A stretch of 64,000 nucleotides of DNA from Candidatus Thorarchaeota archaeon (GCA_046482545.1 JAWOEX010000032.1:1-64000); one strand, 5' to 3'; shown: positions 10,601 through 20,155, counted from the first letter of the stretch. Translations and numbers: made by a program. The notes: a model not told the origin generated them from the letters alone.

Positions 10601-10982
10601 GATATCACCCACTTTTGTGGTAGATCCCGCATTCGACGGCGACGTATCCAATATCATGACACATATGAACTGGGAAGGGGAGGAACAGAATGTCAAGCTG
10701 GCTAGGTACCCTCTTGCCATAATGCCTTCGTCCAATTGTATTTGGATTGAAGACGAGGATCTTTCAGAAGAGGAACCCCTGGGTTTGGGTCTTACAGCGT
10801 CATTTGAAGACGCTGAACTGTTATACATAGGAGTTGGCGACTTGATTCTTACTGGTACTAGTAGTCTCAACCGTCAGCTTCTTCCCGGAAAGGAACTGGT
10901 TACAACTTCTTGGTTTATGGTGAACCCACAGTCTCTGCAGGAACTTGACCTGCTTAGGAAGGTCGCTGATGACCTGATATGA
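7686..10982 (+). CDS. Large (1098 aa) GNAT N-acetyltransferase with beta-rich C-terminal domains
   Basis: AYVGVLGVRPEALGKKVGKKLL, DLNTWAGNTRAVPLYKKVG; paralogue of 36686-40015. Confidence 0.85.
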   Translation: MSEELDVQIVRYKPEMAAELAEMYNSWDELWISGYTQGVPYDAQRVRDRYDKMSAIAILIAVKSDDGKPVGSCTLHEHWRDKDAAYVGVLGVRPEALGKKVGKKLLLRSIQIVRNEGYKRVDLNTWAGNTRAVPLYKKVGLMWNPEASGVQMEDYIPAILEHPFSKPFFRGMEENEWYDYQKRELTQKPDEMTYKGMDVYAYDFERDQDDLTVIVDRHARAISSIDRTVNGQCITISARVDSHKVLCGVTGQYILEVVNDSDESLSFKVNLASFPALEFKDEDSIEFQVDSGDTYEWAVPFAVSSSAPIHRENIRSPTIDSNIHMNGVEMHFQTGMVIKPIADIKSRWPYSRVLPGGSSTLPLIVLSSIEDECSGILNLDANHSSFKIEPRETRIDISQERISGVNALVSADYETEPGEYSIIAKIKTDEKTGENGKAIETRDFKIPLFCGESGIVSTFEDKRNKDVIINGVNYQATMSVEGARLRVRDIHNRAGSLFQVRSQVGPPFGMDPFRYAERDFSTEKSDDGITVSMVGSHPERPLKIEDRVFFQHENGVISHEVLITNEGENRQKLQLRVYCGSQGIDLSPGTVTVPLKDGIVKQGLIHDLFTHPSVPSSPDAFSEGWIASNKRGLTKGQLFDLEAIDEIHMGNDQTAYLQYPLRTLEPGETARISKIWFVTKASDWQDVRRTWKEKILRKSSIEFGQQESLEMHSIVDISVNPCTIDEPCDCEIHAQIHKRIVAPLTVEASVQAPNGWSAEVIPPSEDEHAEQIEIKDVTSLRIKLTPRETFPDGFHLHEGTIVIQAATTYKKDFRIIQLGGSDTRVSVDQLKDSGLSSYEVYNGLIRFRVSPEYGGCVYSLKNPKGTELLVSTFPEGGPKPGAILANYYGGIQPITWDDELNENLSSAETNKEDMSASICEKELWRGVEISWTGNIQDSVKGVSFRVQYYTFPNSPLLAARWIVKNTTSAPVKISPTFVVDPAFDGDVSNIMTHMNWEGEEQNVKLARYPLAIMPSSNCIWIEDEDLSEEEPLGLGLTASFEDAELLYIGVGDLILTGTSSLNRQLLPGKELVTTSWFMVNPQSLQELDLLRKVADDLI

Positions 10983-11043
10983 ACGAAACCCTTGCCTCAA
11001 TCCCGATAGTAACTAGATTAGGATACGATCTCATAAGGGGCCA

Positions 11044-11094
11044 TCAATGTACAAAAATATACGTCAATGTACAAATATGAGTAAAACTTAAATA
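11044..11094 (+). promoter_or_regulatory. trpB2 promoter: two TGTACA TRP-box-like sites within a 12-bp direct repeat, followed by a TATA box
   Basis: TCAATGTACAAA at 11044-11055 and 11064-11075 (20-bp period); CTTAAATA at 11087-11094; TGTACA is the archaeal TrpY operator consensus. Confidence 0.7.
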
Positions 11095-11137
11095 GGATAC
11101 CGAAAGGAACCGCCTAACCGCAACTGAGGTATTGAAC

Positions 11138-11241
11138 AGTGACGAGTGTGAGCGTGCAAAACCGCCAATGGTATTACGGGCCCCTAGGGCTCTCTCAACC
11201 ACATATCTAGCTAAGGCTTATACCCCTGTACACTCGTCACT
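11138..11241. repeat. Perfect 12-bp inverted repeat in the trpB2 leader
   Basis: AGTGACGAGTGT (11138-11149) / ACACTCGTCACT (11230-11241). Confidence 0.85.
11139..11210 (+). CDS. Putative trpB2 leader peptide, 23 aa (MTSVSVQNRQWYYGPLGLSQPHI)
   Basis: GTG start 8 nt after GAGGT RBS (11126-11130); contiguous Trp-Tyr-Tyr codons; lies between promoter and trpB2. Confidence 0.5.
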   Translation: MTSVSVQNRQWYYGPLGLSQPHI

Positions 11242-11367
11242 CCTGCTATTTCTGCTGAGTTTCTCCTGCAATGGAGACATATTCTCAACAAATCTAGTTG
11301 TCTCTAGACAGTTTTCTACATCCTCAGCATCAGCGGTAACAAATTTGAAAGAAGGAACTAACCAAGA

Positions 11368-12672
11368 ATGAATGCAATTAGTACCAAAATAACACTCGAT
11401 AAGGAAGATGTGCCGAAAGAGTATGTCAACATTCTGCCATATCTACAAAGTCCTTTACCACCTCCACTGGATCCGAAAACTGAGGAACCGGTTGGACCAG
11501 AGGCACTGATGGCTATATTCGCTGAGGAGTGCGTACGTCAAGAAATGTCGGAAAAGAAACGCATTCCAATACCCGAACCAGTTAGAGAGGCTTTGATTCA
11601 TTACAGCCGTCCTACTCCACTTCAGAGGGCTCGGAGACTTGAAAGAGCGTTGGATACGCCTGCAAAGATATACTTCAAACGGGAAGATGTAAGCCCGTCC
11701 GGCAGCCATAAGCTGAATACTGCATTAGCTCAGGCATACTACGCCAAGAAGGAAGGCGTAGAGCGGCTGGCAACTGAAACTGGCGCAGGGCAATGGGGGT
11801 CCGCTGTATCTCTTGCCTGTGAGTATTTTGATTTGGAAGCAATGGTCTACATGGTTAGAGTCAGCTATGACCAGAAGGAACACCGTGGGACACTCATGCG
11901 AGTCTATGGAGGACAAGTTATTCCTAGTCCTTCTGACAAGACCGAATTCGGGAACCAGATACTTGCTGACAATCCCAATCATCCTGGTACCCTCGGTATC
12001 GCAATCAGTGAAGCATTGGAAGATACCCTTGCCGACGAATCCACCAAGTATACATTAGGATCAGTTCTCAACCACGTTCTTTTGCAACAGACTGTCATTG
12101 GCCAAGAGACCATTGCTCAGCTTGAATTACTCGATGAGAAACCTGACGCGCTGGTGGGCTGTGTTGGAGGTGGAAGCAATTTCGCCGGTATGATATACCC
12201 GTTTATCGCTGATGGCCGCTTTGAGAATGCAGATTTGATAGCGGTTGAACCTGTTGCCTGCCCCACTCTCACGAAAGGTGAATACCGTTACGATTTTGGT
12301 GATACCGCCGGGATTACACCGAAACTGAAAATGTATACACTTGGCAAAGATTTCACTCCTCCAGGCATTCACGCTGGCGGATTACGGTATCACGGCTGTG
12401 CACCATCTCTGAGCGCTCTCCGAAATGAAGAAAGAATCAAACCAGTAGCTTATGAACAGATACCTGTTCTGGAATCAGGAGTCTTCTTTGCAAAGCAAGA
12501 AGGTATCATTCCCGCACCGGAGTCAGCTCACGCAGTCAAAGCAGCAATAGATCTTGCAAGAGAGGCGAAGGCCAACGATGAAGAGAAGACTATCGTGTTC
12601 AACCTATCGGGGCATGGACAGTTCGATATGGGGGCCTATCGTGCTCTGATGATAGGTGAACTCGAAGAATAG
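11368..12672 (+). CDS. trpB2: Tryptophan synthase beta chain type 2 (TrpB2), stand-alone
   Basis: [23 protein letters not shown] (PLP Lys), [45 protein letters not shown]. Confidence 0.95.
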   Translation: MNAISTKITLDKEDVPKEYVNILPYLQSPLPPPLDPKTEEPVGPEALMAIFAEECVRQEMSEKKRIPIPEPVREALIHYSRPTPLQRARRLERALDTPAKIYFKREDVSPSGSHKLNTALAQAYYAKKEGVERLATETGAGQWGSAVSLACEYFDLEAMVYMVRVSYDQKEHRGTLMRVYGGQVIPSPSDKTEFGNQILADNPNHPGTLGIAISEALEDTLADESTKYTLGSVLNHVLLQQTVIGQETIAQLELLDEKPDALVGCVGGGSNFAGMIYPFIADGRFENADLIAVEPVACPTLTKGEYRYDFGDTAGITPKLKMYTLGKDFTPPGIHAGGLRYHGCAPSLSALRNEERIKPVAYEQIPVLESGVFFAKQEGIIPAPESAHAVKAAIDLAREAKANDEEKTIVFNLSGHGQFDMGAYRALMIGELEE

Positions 12673-12692
12673 ATACTCCTGTCTTAGTCTTG

Positions 12693-12754
12693 GAGGAGTT
12701 CCCGGGTCATGTTCGTTTTGAGAGCATGAACCCGACTCTCCTCACCTTTCTTTT
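12693..12754 (+). terminator. Stem-loop plus T-tract downstream of trpB2
   Basis: GAGGAG..CGGGTCATGTTC / GAGCATGAACCCG..CTCCTC followed by TTTCTTTT; lies between convergent genes. Confidence 0.6.
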
Positions 12755-12804
12755 GCGTAAGGATACCTGGATAGCATCCTTTGAGTGAACGGTACGCAAT
12801 CTAT

Positions 12805-13467
12805 CTAATTTTTTACTATTCTTGGTACGCCTTTCACTGCCATAACCGATTGTACGACTATGATGCACGCCTGCAGGCCAAGACCAACGAAGATTTCTCC
12901 TGTTAGGAGTATGCCCAGAAGCAACCCGAGTATAGGAAGTGACCCCACTCCTAAAGATACAAGAAGAGCAATTAACGTAGCCCTCTGATTGTTCACCGGA
13001 TTAACCGCAACCATTCTACCTTCTCCAACGATTCTAAATAACACCCCGCCCACAACAAGGGCGAGACCGTATCCAAGAGGTATCTGTATTATTGGAATCA
13101 AAAGGGCAAACAAAGAAAATGGATTTCCAATCAATAGAATGACAGTAACGATTGCCATGAAGAAGATGTATGGTCCAGTGAATAGAATCGCTTTCGCTTT
13201 GAGATTCATCATGGAGCTGAGCGGCAGACCTTCGTAGATTGATGCTCCTTGCGTATCGACGCCCAAGAGACCAGTGATGCTTATCCCAGCGAAACTCTGA
13301 ATTATAATCAGCATCATCACCAATGTGGGAAGTTGAACTCCCCCTTCTGCCATCATGGCAAGTGACGGTGCCCAAGCTATCAGCATCATGAGGGGAAGAA
13401 TCAGAACCGCTAGTGAACCTAGATCCCTCGTGGCAAGCCGAAGGTCTTTCTTGATTATTGCACTTGA
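12805..13467 (-). pseudogene. C-terminal half of an ABC-2-type permease-like membrane protein, probably 5'-truncated (first ATG at 13389)
   Basis: Frame is open from 13467 and reads AIIKKDLRLATRDLGSLAVL before the first ATG; several TM helices; same type as 63445-64000. Confidence 0.55.
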
Positions 13468-15035
13468 CTATATCCCTTCTTGAGCAGAGTATCTACTTGT
13501 TCATCTGCTTTATTTGGATAGTCCTTATTGTAGTGCGTTCCTCTGCTTTCTTTCCGAAGTCTAGCACAGGAAACTATCACATCAGCAACATCAGCTATAT
13601 TCCTGAGCTCAAGCAGGTCCTTTGTAATGATAAAGTCCCAGTAGTATTGGCTGATTTCATCTTGCAGAAGTTGCATTCTGTGCTTGGCCCGCTCAAGCCG
13701 TTTATTGGATCTAACAACACCAACGTAGTGGAACATTGTCCTGCGGATTTCGTCCCACATATGCGATACTATGATGCGTTCATCCGGATCAGTTGCCTCA
13801 CCTGGGTCCCAAGCAGGAATGTCAGTATTTAGTTTGAGTCTGTCAATGGTATCTGATGCGGTTTCTGCTGCCCGCTTGGCTAGGACGAGTCCTTCGAGCA
13901 AGGAATTAGATGCCATTCGGTTGGCACCATGAAAACCGGTTGCAGCCGTTTCGCCGATAACAAAAAGCCCGTTGATGTCTGTTCGCCCTTGCATGTCGAC
14001 TCTAACACCTCCGCACATATAGTGGGCCGCCGGTACAACTGGAATCGGTTGTTCCGTGATGTCTATACCCACCTCCTTGCAGTTGCCGTAGATGAGCGGG
14101 AATCTATTCTTGATAAACGAAGCATCACGAAATGAGATGTCTAGCCACGCATGGTCAGCTCCTGTTCGCTTGAGTTCATTGTCGATAGCTCTGGAAACTG
14201 TATCTCTCGGTGCCAGCTCGGCGTCGGGATGATAGTCCTCCATGAACCGTTCACCGTCGGGCCCAAGCAGTTTGGCACCTTCCCCCCTAAGCGTCTCGGA
14301 GATTAGGAAGGAGCGCTTTTCCCGATGGAAGAGCAGAGTAGGATGAAATTGAACAAATTCGCAGTTCATCATGGTAGCTCCAGCTCTGTATGCCATAGCT
14401 ATACCGTCGCCCGTTGCCACATCTGGATTGCTTGTGTAGAGGAATGCTCTACCTGCTCCGCCTGTTGCGAGCACCGTGATTTTGGATGCAAAAGTTTCTA
14501 CCTCACCCATGTTCCCGTCTAGTACATAGGCGCCAAGCACCCTATTATTGCTGGTACAGAGATTTACAGAGGTATGATTTTCGAAAATATGAATGTTGGA
14601 TTCTTCTCTGGCTCTTGCAGCAAGAACCTGTTCGACATCCCGGCCAGTGTGATCTTTCACGTGAAGAACCCGGCGTTCACTATGTCCGCCTTCTAGCCCT
14701 AAATCATAAGCATCACGATTATCTGCTTTACAGAAATCAACACCCATCTCAACAAGTTCTTCAATCCTTGCGGGTGCTTCTTTGACGAACTTTGACACGA
14801 CCTCAGGATGACAGAGCCCCTCTCCAACTCGCATTGTGTCTCTGATGTGCTTTTCGAAGGAATCCTCAGGCGAAACGACAGCAGCGATTCCTCCCTGTGC
14901 ACGAAGGGTAGCAGAATCTGTAAGTGATTCCTTCGTGATTAGGTTTACTGATCCATGTTTAGCCGCTTTCAGGGAAAAAAGAAGCCCTGAGATGCCAGAG
15001 CCAATTACCAAGAAATCTGATGTGGTGACAGACAT
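13455..15035 (-). CDS. nadB: L-aspartate oxidase
   Basis: VIGSGISG, AQGGIA, LEGGHSERR, EFVQFHPT, LISETLRGEG, PVVPAAHYMCGG, HGANRMASNSLLE, ESRGTH. Confidence 0.95.
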   Translation of the reverse strand: MSVTTSDFLVIGSGISGLLFSLKAAKHGSVNLITKESLTDSATLRAQGGIAAVVSPEDSFEKHIRDTMRVGEGLCHPEVVSKFVKEAPARIEELVEMGVDFCKADNRDAYDLGLEGGHSERRVLHVKDHTGRDVEQVLAARAREESNIHIFENHTSVNLCTSNNRVLGAYVLDGNMGEVETFASKITVLATGGAGRAFLYTSNPDVATGDGIAMAYRAGATMMNCEFVQFHPTLLFHREKRSFLISETLRGEGAKLLGPDGERFMEDYHPDAELAPRDTVSRAIDNELKRTGADHAWLDISFRDASFIKNRFPLIYGNCKEVGIDITEQPIPVVPAAHYMCGGVRVDMQGRTDINGLFVIGETAATGFHGANRMASNSLLEGLVLAKRAAETASDTIDRLKLNTDIPAWDPGEATDPDERIIVSHMWDEIRRTMFHYVGVVRSNKRLERAKHRMQLLQDEISQYYWDFIITKDLLELRNIADVADVIVSCARLRKESRGTHYNKDYPNKADEQVDTLLKKGYSQVQ

Positions 15036-15270
15036 TTTGTCCTAAGACTCCTTTCGAGTGCCTAGTAGTTGGTGATAGGCATCTTGTTCTAAGACTTTTG
15101 GTGCAGTTAAAATGCTCGTATGCCTATACATCTACAGGTTCAAATACCAACTGAATTTCCCGGTAGTCGACCGTGTGTGATACTATGATTAGTACTAGTA
15201 GCCAATGTCTTCTTAAGCAATGCATAGAATTATGCGGTCGCACGGTCACCAAAAGGGGATACACATAGAT

Positions 15271-16116
15271 ATGCAAATAGAAGGCGTGATTGTCTTCAAT
15301 GCTGATTCGGGAGTACCACTTTACTTTCGGCTCAAGAGCAATATCGACCCTTCACTATTTTCCAGCTTCGTAAGTGCCGCAAGACACTTCTCCAATGAAC
15401 TGGAGCTTGGAGGTCTAGCTTCTTTCAGCACTGACGAGAAGGTTATCTTCCTGGCTGAGCGAGAGGAGACAATAACTGCGCTTATTGCGCCCAAAACACC
15501 TGACTTTGAAGAGACTCTCGAGGTTGCTTCTGTGTTAGGAGAGCATTTCGAGCGGAATTATGAAATTACAGAAATGCCCCAAAACGGGGCATATAGTGCC
15601 TTTTCCATTTTTGTTGACGAACTACTTAAAGAAGTAGAACACCCGTTTCTTGATCGTGTGGCCCGCTTTGTACATGATGAATACGGCGGCGAGATTTCCA
15701 TTAAGCCACGACTGATAAAACGAAACGGGGAAGAGGGTGTTGTTGATGCTATGCTGAGTCAGGCAAACAAAAGCAAGTACGCTGATACGGATAAGTCCGA
15801 GAGCAGAATAAACATGTTCTGCGATAGTATCAGTTTTGTGCGAGCCATAGATGGAATAGCTAACAAAATTGATTTGATGGAGTTCGCTGATCAAACCGAT
15901 AAGTTCGGAATCAGAGTAATGAATGGCGATGAGATGGAATTCAAACCCTATTTCCCTTCGCGCGCGATTGTTGTGGCACAGGAATACGACCCATCAGTCT
16001 TCGAATACCTGCAAGAGTTACCAGATAAAGACGGTAGGAAATGTATCGACGGTCAAGATACAGTTGTTGAGATGTGGAAATGGAAAGAGCAGGGCCAACC
16101 TGAAAAGCTGAGCTAG
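15271..16116 (+). CDS. Longin-like domain protein with uncharacterised C-terminal domain
   Basis: N-terminus VIVFNADSGVPLY...IDPSLFSSFVSAARHFSNEL...VLGEHFERNY is typical of Asgard longin-like proteins; ATG15271 after AGGGG preferred over 15220. Confidence 0.65.
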   Translation: MQIEGVIVFNADSGVPLYFRLKSNIDPSLFSSFVSAARHFSNELELGGLASFSTDEKVIFLAEREETITALIAPKTPDFEETLEVASVLGEHFERNYEITEMPQNGAYSAFSIFVDELLKEVEHPFLDRVARFVHDEYGGEISIKPRLIKRNGEEGVVDAMLSQANKSKYADTDKSESRINMFCDSISFVRAIDGIANKIDLMEFADQTDKFGIRVMNGDEMEFKPYFPSRAIVVAQEYDPSVFEYLQELPDKDGRKCIDGQDTVVEMWKWKEQGQPEKLS

Positions 16117-16130
16117 CCCGTACTATTCTC

Positions 16131-17762
16131 TTAGGGTTCGGACATGTGCTCGTACACGAAAAACTTCGCTGGCACAAAGCTCTCTTTAATCGAGCGTGGT
16201 GACACCCACCGCATGAGGTTTATCCTGCTTCCAGCCTTGTCATTCGTTCCAGATGCTCTAGCTCCTCCAAAGGGTTGGCGGCCAACAACAGCAGCCGTTG
16301 GTTTGTTGTTTATGTAGAAGTTGCCTGCAGCATGCCTTAGTACGTCAGTAGCTAGAACGATTGCATCCCGGTTCTGGGCGAATATGGAACCAGTCAGGCC
16401 ATACGGTGAGGTCTGATCACAGAGATGAAGGGTCTCTTCGTATTCTTCTTCTGGATAGATGTAGAGCGTTAGAACTGGCCCGAATATTTCCTCTCTCATG
16501 AGCTTGTCCTTCGGATTTTCTGTTACAACAACAGTTGGATCGATGAAGTAACCTTCTTCGTCGTCATACTCCCCACCAGCAATAATCTCGCTCTCATCTG
16601 ATTCTTTAGCATATTCAATGTAGCTTACAATGTTATCAAAGGCCGACTGGTCAATTACTGCATTCATAAAATTCCTGAAGTTCTCAGGATCTCCAACTCG
16701 TACGAGTTCTAGGTCCTCAAGCAGCTTCTTCTTTGTCTGCGGCCAGAGCGAGTCTGGGATGTATGCCCTAGATGCCGCAGAGCACTTTTGCCCTTGATAC
16801 TGGAATGCGCCTCTGATGAGTGCTGTCACTAGGGCACTAACATCGGCACTTGAATGGGCAAAGACGAAATCTTTTCCGCCGGTTTCCCCGACAAGACGCG
16901 GAAACGTCTTGTACTCGGCTATCCTTTCTCCTACTTTTTGCCACATCATTCTGAAGGTGCTGGTGCTACCGGTGAAGTGAACACCTGCTAGGTCAGGATG
17001 TTTCAGAACTGGATCTCCTACCTCTGCACCTCGACCAGGTACGAAATTGATAACGCCTGGTGGAAGTCCGGCTTCCATGAGAATCTTCATTACTTGGTAG
17101 CTTGGGTACACCGCAGATGATGCTGGTTTCCATACCACCACATTTCCCATCAGGGCAGGAGCAGTAGGAAGATTGCCAATTATGCTAAGAAAGTTGAAAG
17201 GGCTAACAGCGAAGACAAAACCCTCCAACGGTCGATATTCCATTCGATTCCACTCTTGCGGCCCTGATGTTACCTGCGTTTTGTAGATTTCCTGCATGTA
17301 GTAAGCATTGAATCTAAGAAAGTCCGGCAGCTCATTTGCGCCATCAATTTCTGCTTGATACACTGTTTTACTGAGTGCCAGCATGGCTGCCGCATTAATG
17401 GTTGATCTATACGGTCCTGCCAGCAGATCTGCAGCCTTCAGAAATATCGCTGCCCGATCGTACCATGGCGTCTCCCCCCACGACTTACTTGCTTCAAGTG
17501 CAGCATCGATGGCTTGCTGTACCTCTTCTTCTCTTGCGTTGTGGAACTCTGCCAGAACATGATTATGCTCATGGGGCATGACAGACTGTTTAGTGTCTCC
17601 TGTTCGTATTTCTTGTCCTCCAATAATGAGGGGAATCTCTATCTTCTCAGAACGCAGTTCTTCGAGTTTTGCCTTCAACTCAACTCTTTCCGTACTGCCT
17701 GGAAGATAACTCAGTGTGGGCTCATTCTTGGGATGTGGAATCTTGAACTTAGTACCGACCAT
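16131..17762 (-). CDS. pruA: L-glutamate gamma-semialdehyde (1-pyrroline-5-carboxylate) dehydrogenase
   Basis: NEPTLSYLPGS, EYRPLEGFVFAVSPFNF, FTGST, GETGGK, FQYQGQKCSAASR, EEIFGP, QPFGGARASGTNDK. Confidence 0.93.
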   Translation of the reverse strand: MVGTKFKIPHPKNEPTLSYLPGSTERVELKAKLEELRSEKIEIPLIIGGQEIRTGDTKQSVMPHEHNHVLAEFHNAREEEVQQAIDAALEASKSWGETPWYDRAAIFLKAADLLAGPYRSTINAAAMLALSKTVYQAEIDGANELPDFLRFNAYYMQEIYKTQVTSGPQEWNRMEYRPLEGFVFAVSPFNFLSIIGNLPTAPALMGNVVVWKPASSAVYPSYQVMKILMEAGLPPGVINFVPGRGAEVGDPVLKHPDLAGVHFTGSTSTFRMMWQKVGERIAEYKTFPRLVGETGGKDFVFAHSSADVSALVTALIRGAFQYQGQKCSAASRAYIPDSLWPQTKKKLLEDLELVRVGDPENFRNFMNAVIDQSAFDNIVSYIEYAKESDESEIIAGGEYDDEEGYFIDPTVVVTENPKDKLMREEIFGPVLTLYIYPEEEYEETLHLCDQTSPYGLTGSIFAQNRDAIVLATDVLRHAAGNFYINNKPTAAVVGRQPFGGARASGTNDKAGSRINLMRWVSPRSIKESFVPAKFFVYEHMSEP

Positions 17763-17875
17763 ATTGTACCACCTTTCACTTACACAATAACCTTTAACTA
17801 TCGTTAATACCCTCTTGGAAATTAATAAACTTTCAGTTATTGAAGATTTGGCTTTGAAATTCTTAGGTCATGAAT

Positions 17876-20155
17876 CTATTTTGGAAAGGCAAGCACAATT
17901 GAATCGCTTAGAGGAACTACTCTCAGGTATGGATTACTATCATCATCTACCCTTTCAATTATGGTGCCTCCGAATGACTTTGCCATCGAAATGGAAAAGC
18001 TGCGGGGAATGAAAATGAAAATTTCTTCGGGTAGGTGCCTGAGAGCAATCTCGAGTTGAAGCTGATTCGTTGAAGTTCCTACCTCAAGGGTTACGCGTCC
18101 ATAAGAAGATGGTATTTCTGAAACCAGTATAGTCTCTTCCGAGGCATACCAATCTTCTGCAATCGACGGAAAAACAAGCAAATTTCCGTTCTCCTCAGAA
18201 AACAGCATTGTCTGTAGAAGGAGTATAAGATCAGCGGCTGCAGAGATACTTCCATCTTCGGAAAGTGGATAATCCCCTCTTTGTTCTGCAACAGTGTTTG
18301 GAATCTGATGGAACGTGTTAATTTCGCCAATCACTTCCTCCAGAATACTAGTGACTCTTTCGTTCTTCCTTCTGTAAGCATAATACGATGCAATTCTGAG
18401 CAAGTGATTTCCAAATACTCCTTCCGCAGAATGCTGGCATTTTGGCATATCCAAAATCCCTTGGAGATGGTAATCCATGATATTGTCTACTACACCCAAA
18501 TCTAGGCCATTCGGTTTAACTAAGGCGATATCTGCAGCAGTTTTGGTTATCCAGTAGAGACCTATTTTGGCATGACTAGTACTGTTCTGTTGTTTTTCTT
18601 TGAGAATTGTTAATGCTTCTCTAAGATATCTTAACACAGTTTTTGTGCTCTCTTCAAGTGTCTGAGATTGTTCTGTGTCCATGCTATAGCGTGCCATTTC
18701 ATCAAGCACAGCCCAGCACCACAAGGCTTCATGAATGGTCTCAAAGGAAGTAGCGTCATTATGATTTAACTGTGGATTCTTTTCTTCTTCATGTTTGAAA
18801 CTTGATTTTTCCTCCTTTTCAGTATCTATCGAATCTGGAACTCCTTTATCATCAGTTTTAAACTGTAGAATGTTTTCTTCGAGCAATATTCTGTAGGCAT
18901 GACTGACTAGGTCTTCAAGATTATCCTCGGGATTAGAGGGGTGTTCATAGCTGGCTAGTTTGAGGATTGACCAGATGATAGAGGGGTCAATTGTACCCAT
19001 TGTTCGAATATCAGAAAGGGTTGAATCAACGATAGCCTTGAACACGTCTTCGATGAGAGCTCCCGAGTCCATCCGCGCTAAGGCAAGCATGACTCTGGCT
19101 TCCTCACTAGATACAAGGACCGACTCATCTTCTTCTTTCGAAGCTAGGGTGGAGTAGATTTGTATGGCGATTCTGGCTTTTGATTGATTAAGTGCGAGTG
19201 TGAGCTGATCATCTGGAAGGTTATCAATACTTATGGAGGATAGGAATTCGTACCATCGTTCCACTGTATCGGTTCTCACGGTTTCGTCCAAAATATATTG
19301 CCGATTTTCACTTGCTCCTGTTTCCTTCAGGGGTGACGCAAAATAGAATTTTCTTTGTTCTGCTGGACCGAGTTCCACGTCATACCGCATCAAAGCTGTA
19401 GCTAGGCCTGACTCGGCCATAATTACATTATCAACGCGATTATCTTGTTGATACAGATACCTATCTATTTCGGGACTATCGGCAGTGGAGAGCATCACAG
19501 AACTGGGTGGTTTGCTGCCCACCAAGGCTACATGGTCATTTGTCAACATTACCACGCTAGATTCATCAAATCTAATACTTTCTATGGGATCAAACCCTCT
19601 TGAAGAAATGGGTGCAAGAGATACATAGAATGTGAAGTGTTTTTTCTCAAGTGAATAGTTCCGCAGTTGAATCTCATTATAGATGGCTTCTTCTTCCCAT
19701 CCATAGAATACCAATCGTTGGAAGTTGACTGCTCCATACTTTTCCTCAAAATGATATATTTGGTCTGTAGTTGAAAGTAGTTCAAGCATAGGATTCTCGT
19801 CGATATTGAGGTGCAAGTTCCCTCGGTCTTCGGGCACGATAATGTTGATAGATCCCGCTCCGGGGAAAGTCGCTACCATTCCAAGAGTGTTGCACACACC
19901 CCAACATTTGCCTCCTACTCCCCCAACAACAGACCTGTCGATTTCGAAAAGACGCTTTTCAGTATCAGATGAAACGGCTTCAAAATATCTCCATTCGGGA
20001 AATGCCCACGATCCACACTTCTCAAGGATTACATTGTTCAGTAATTGTCGAATTTCGTCTGGGGCCATTTGTTCCCCTTTCTGGGAGCTAGCAATCTCAT
20101 ACTTTCTAGCTACTCTGAACAGCCGTCTGGTTTCTTCTCTATCTATCTTAGTCAA
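17876..20155 (-). CDS. Divergent six-hairpin glycosidase-like protein, possibly inactive
   Basis: N-terminal beta domain, helical core, C-terminal LLVFPSIAEDWY..IPSSYGRVTL as in GH65/GH95-like C-termini; TTG start after GGAGGAG. Confidence 0.5.
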   Translation of the reverse strand: MTKIDREETRRLFRVARKYEIASSQKGEQMAPDEIRQLLNNVILEKCGSWAFPEWRYFEAVSSDTEKRLFEIDRSVVGGVGGKCWGVCNTLGMVATFPGAGSINIIVPEDRGNLHLNIDENPMLELLSTTDQIYHFEEKYGAVNFQRLVFYGWEEEAIYNEIQLRNYSLEKKHFTFYVSLAPISSRGFDPIESIRFDESSVVMLTNDHVALVGSKPPSSVMLSTADSPEIDRYLYQQDNRVDNVIMAESGLATALMRYDVELGPAEQRKFYFASPLKETGASENRQYILDETVRTDTVERWYEFLSSISIDNLPDDQLTLALNQSKARIAIQIYSTLASKEEDESVLVSSEEARVMLALARMDSGALIEDVFKAIVDSTLSDIRTMGTIDPSIIWSILKLASYEHPSNPEDNLEDLVSHAYRILLEENILQFKTDDKGVPDSIDTEKEEKSSFKHEEEKNPQLNHNDATSFETIHEALWCWAVLDEMARYSMDTEQSQTLEESTKTVLRYLREALTILKEKQQNSTSHAKIGLYWITKTAADIALVKPNGLDLGVVDNIMDYHLQGILDMPKCQHSAEGVFGNHLLRIASYYAYRRKNERVTSILEEVIGEINTFHQIPNTVAEQRGDYPLSEDGSISAAADLILLLQTMLFSEENGNLLVFPSIAEDWYASEETILVSEIPSSYGRVTLEVGTSTNQLQLEIALRHLPEEIFIFIPRSFSISMAKSFGGTIIERVDDDSNPYLRVVPLSDSIVLAFPK

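Noticed and set aside
11132-11371. 79-aa ORF overlapping the trpB2 start
   Set aside because: TTG is only 1 nt from the RBS, composition is unremarkable and it has no Trp; the 23-aa ORF in another frame fits the RBS better. Not fully excluded as a coupling uORF
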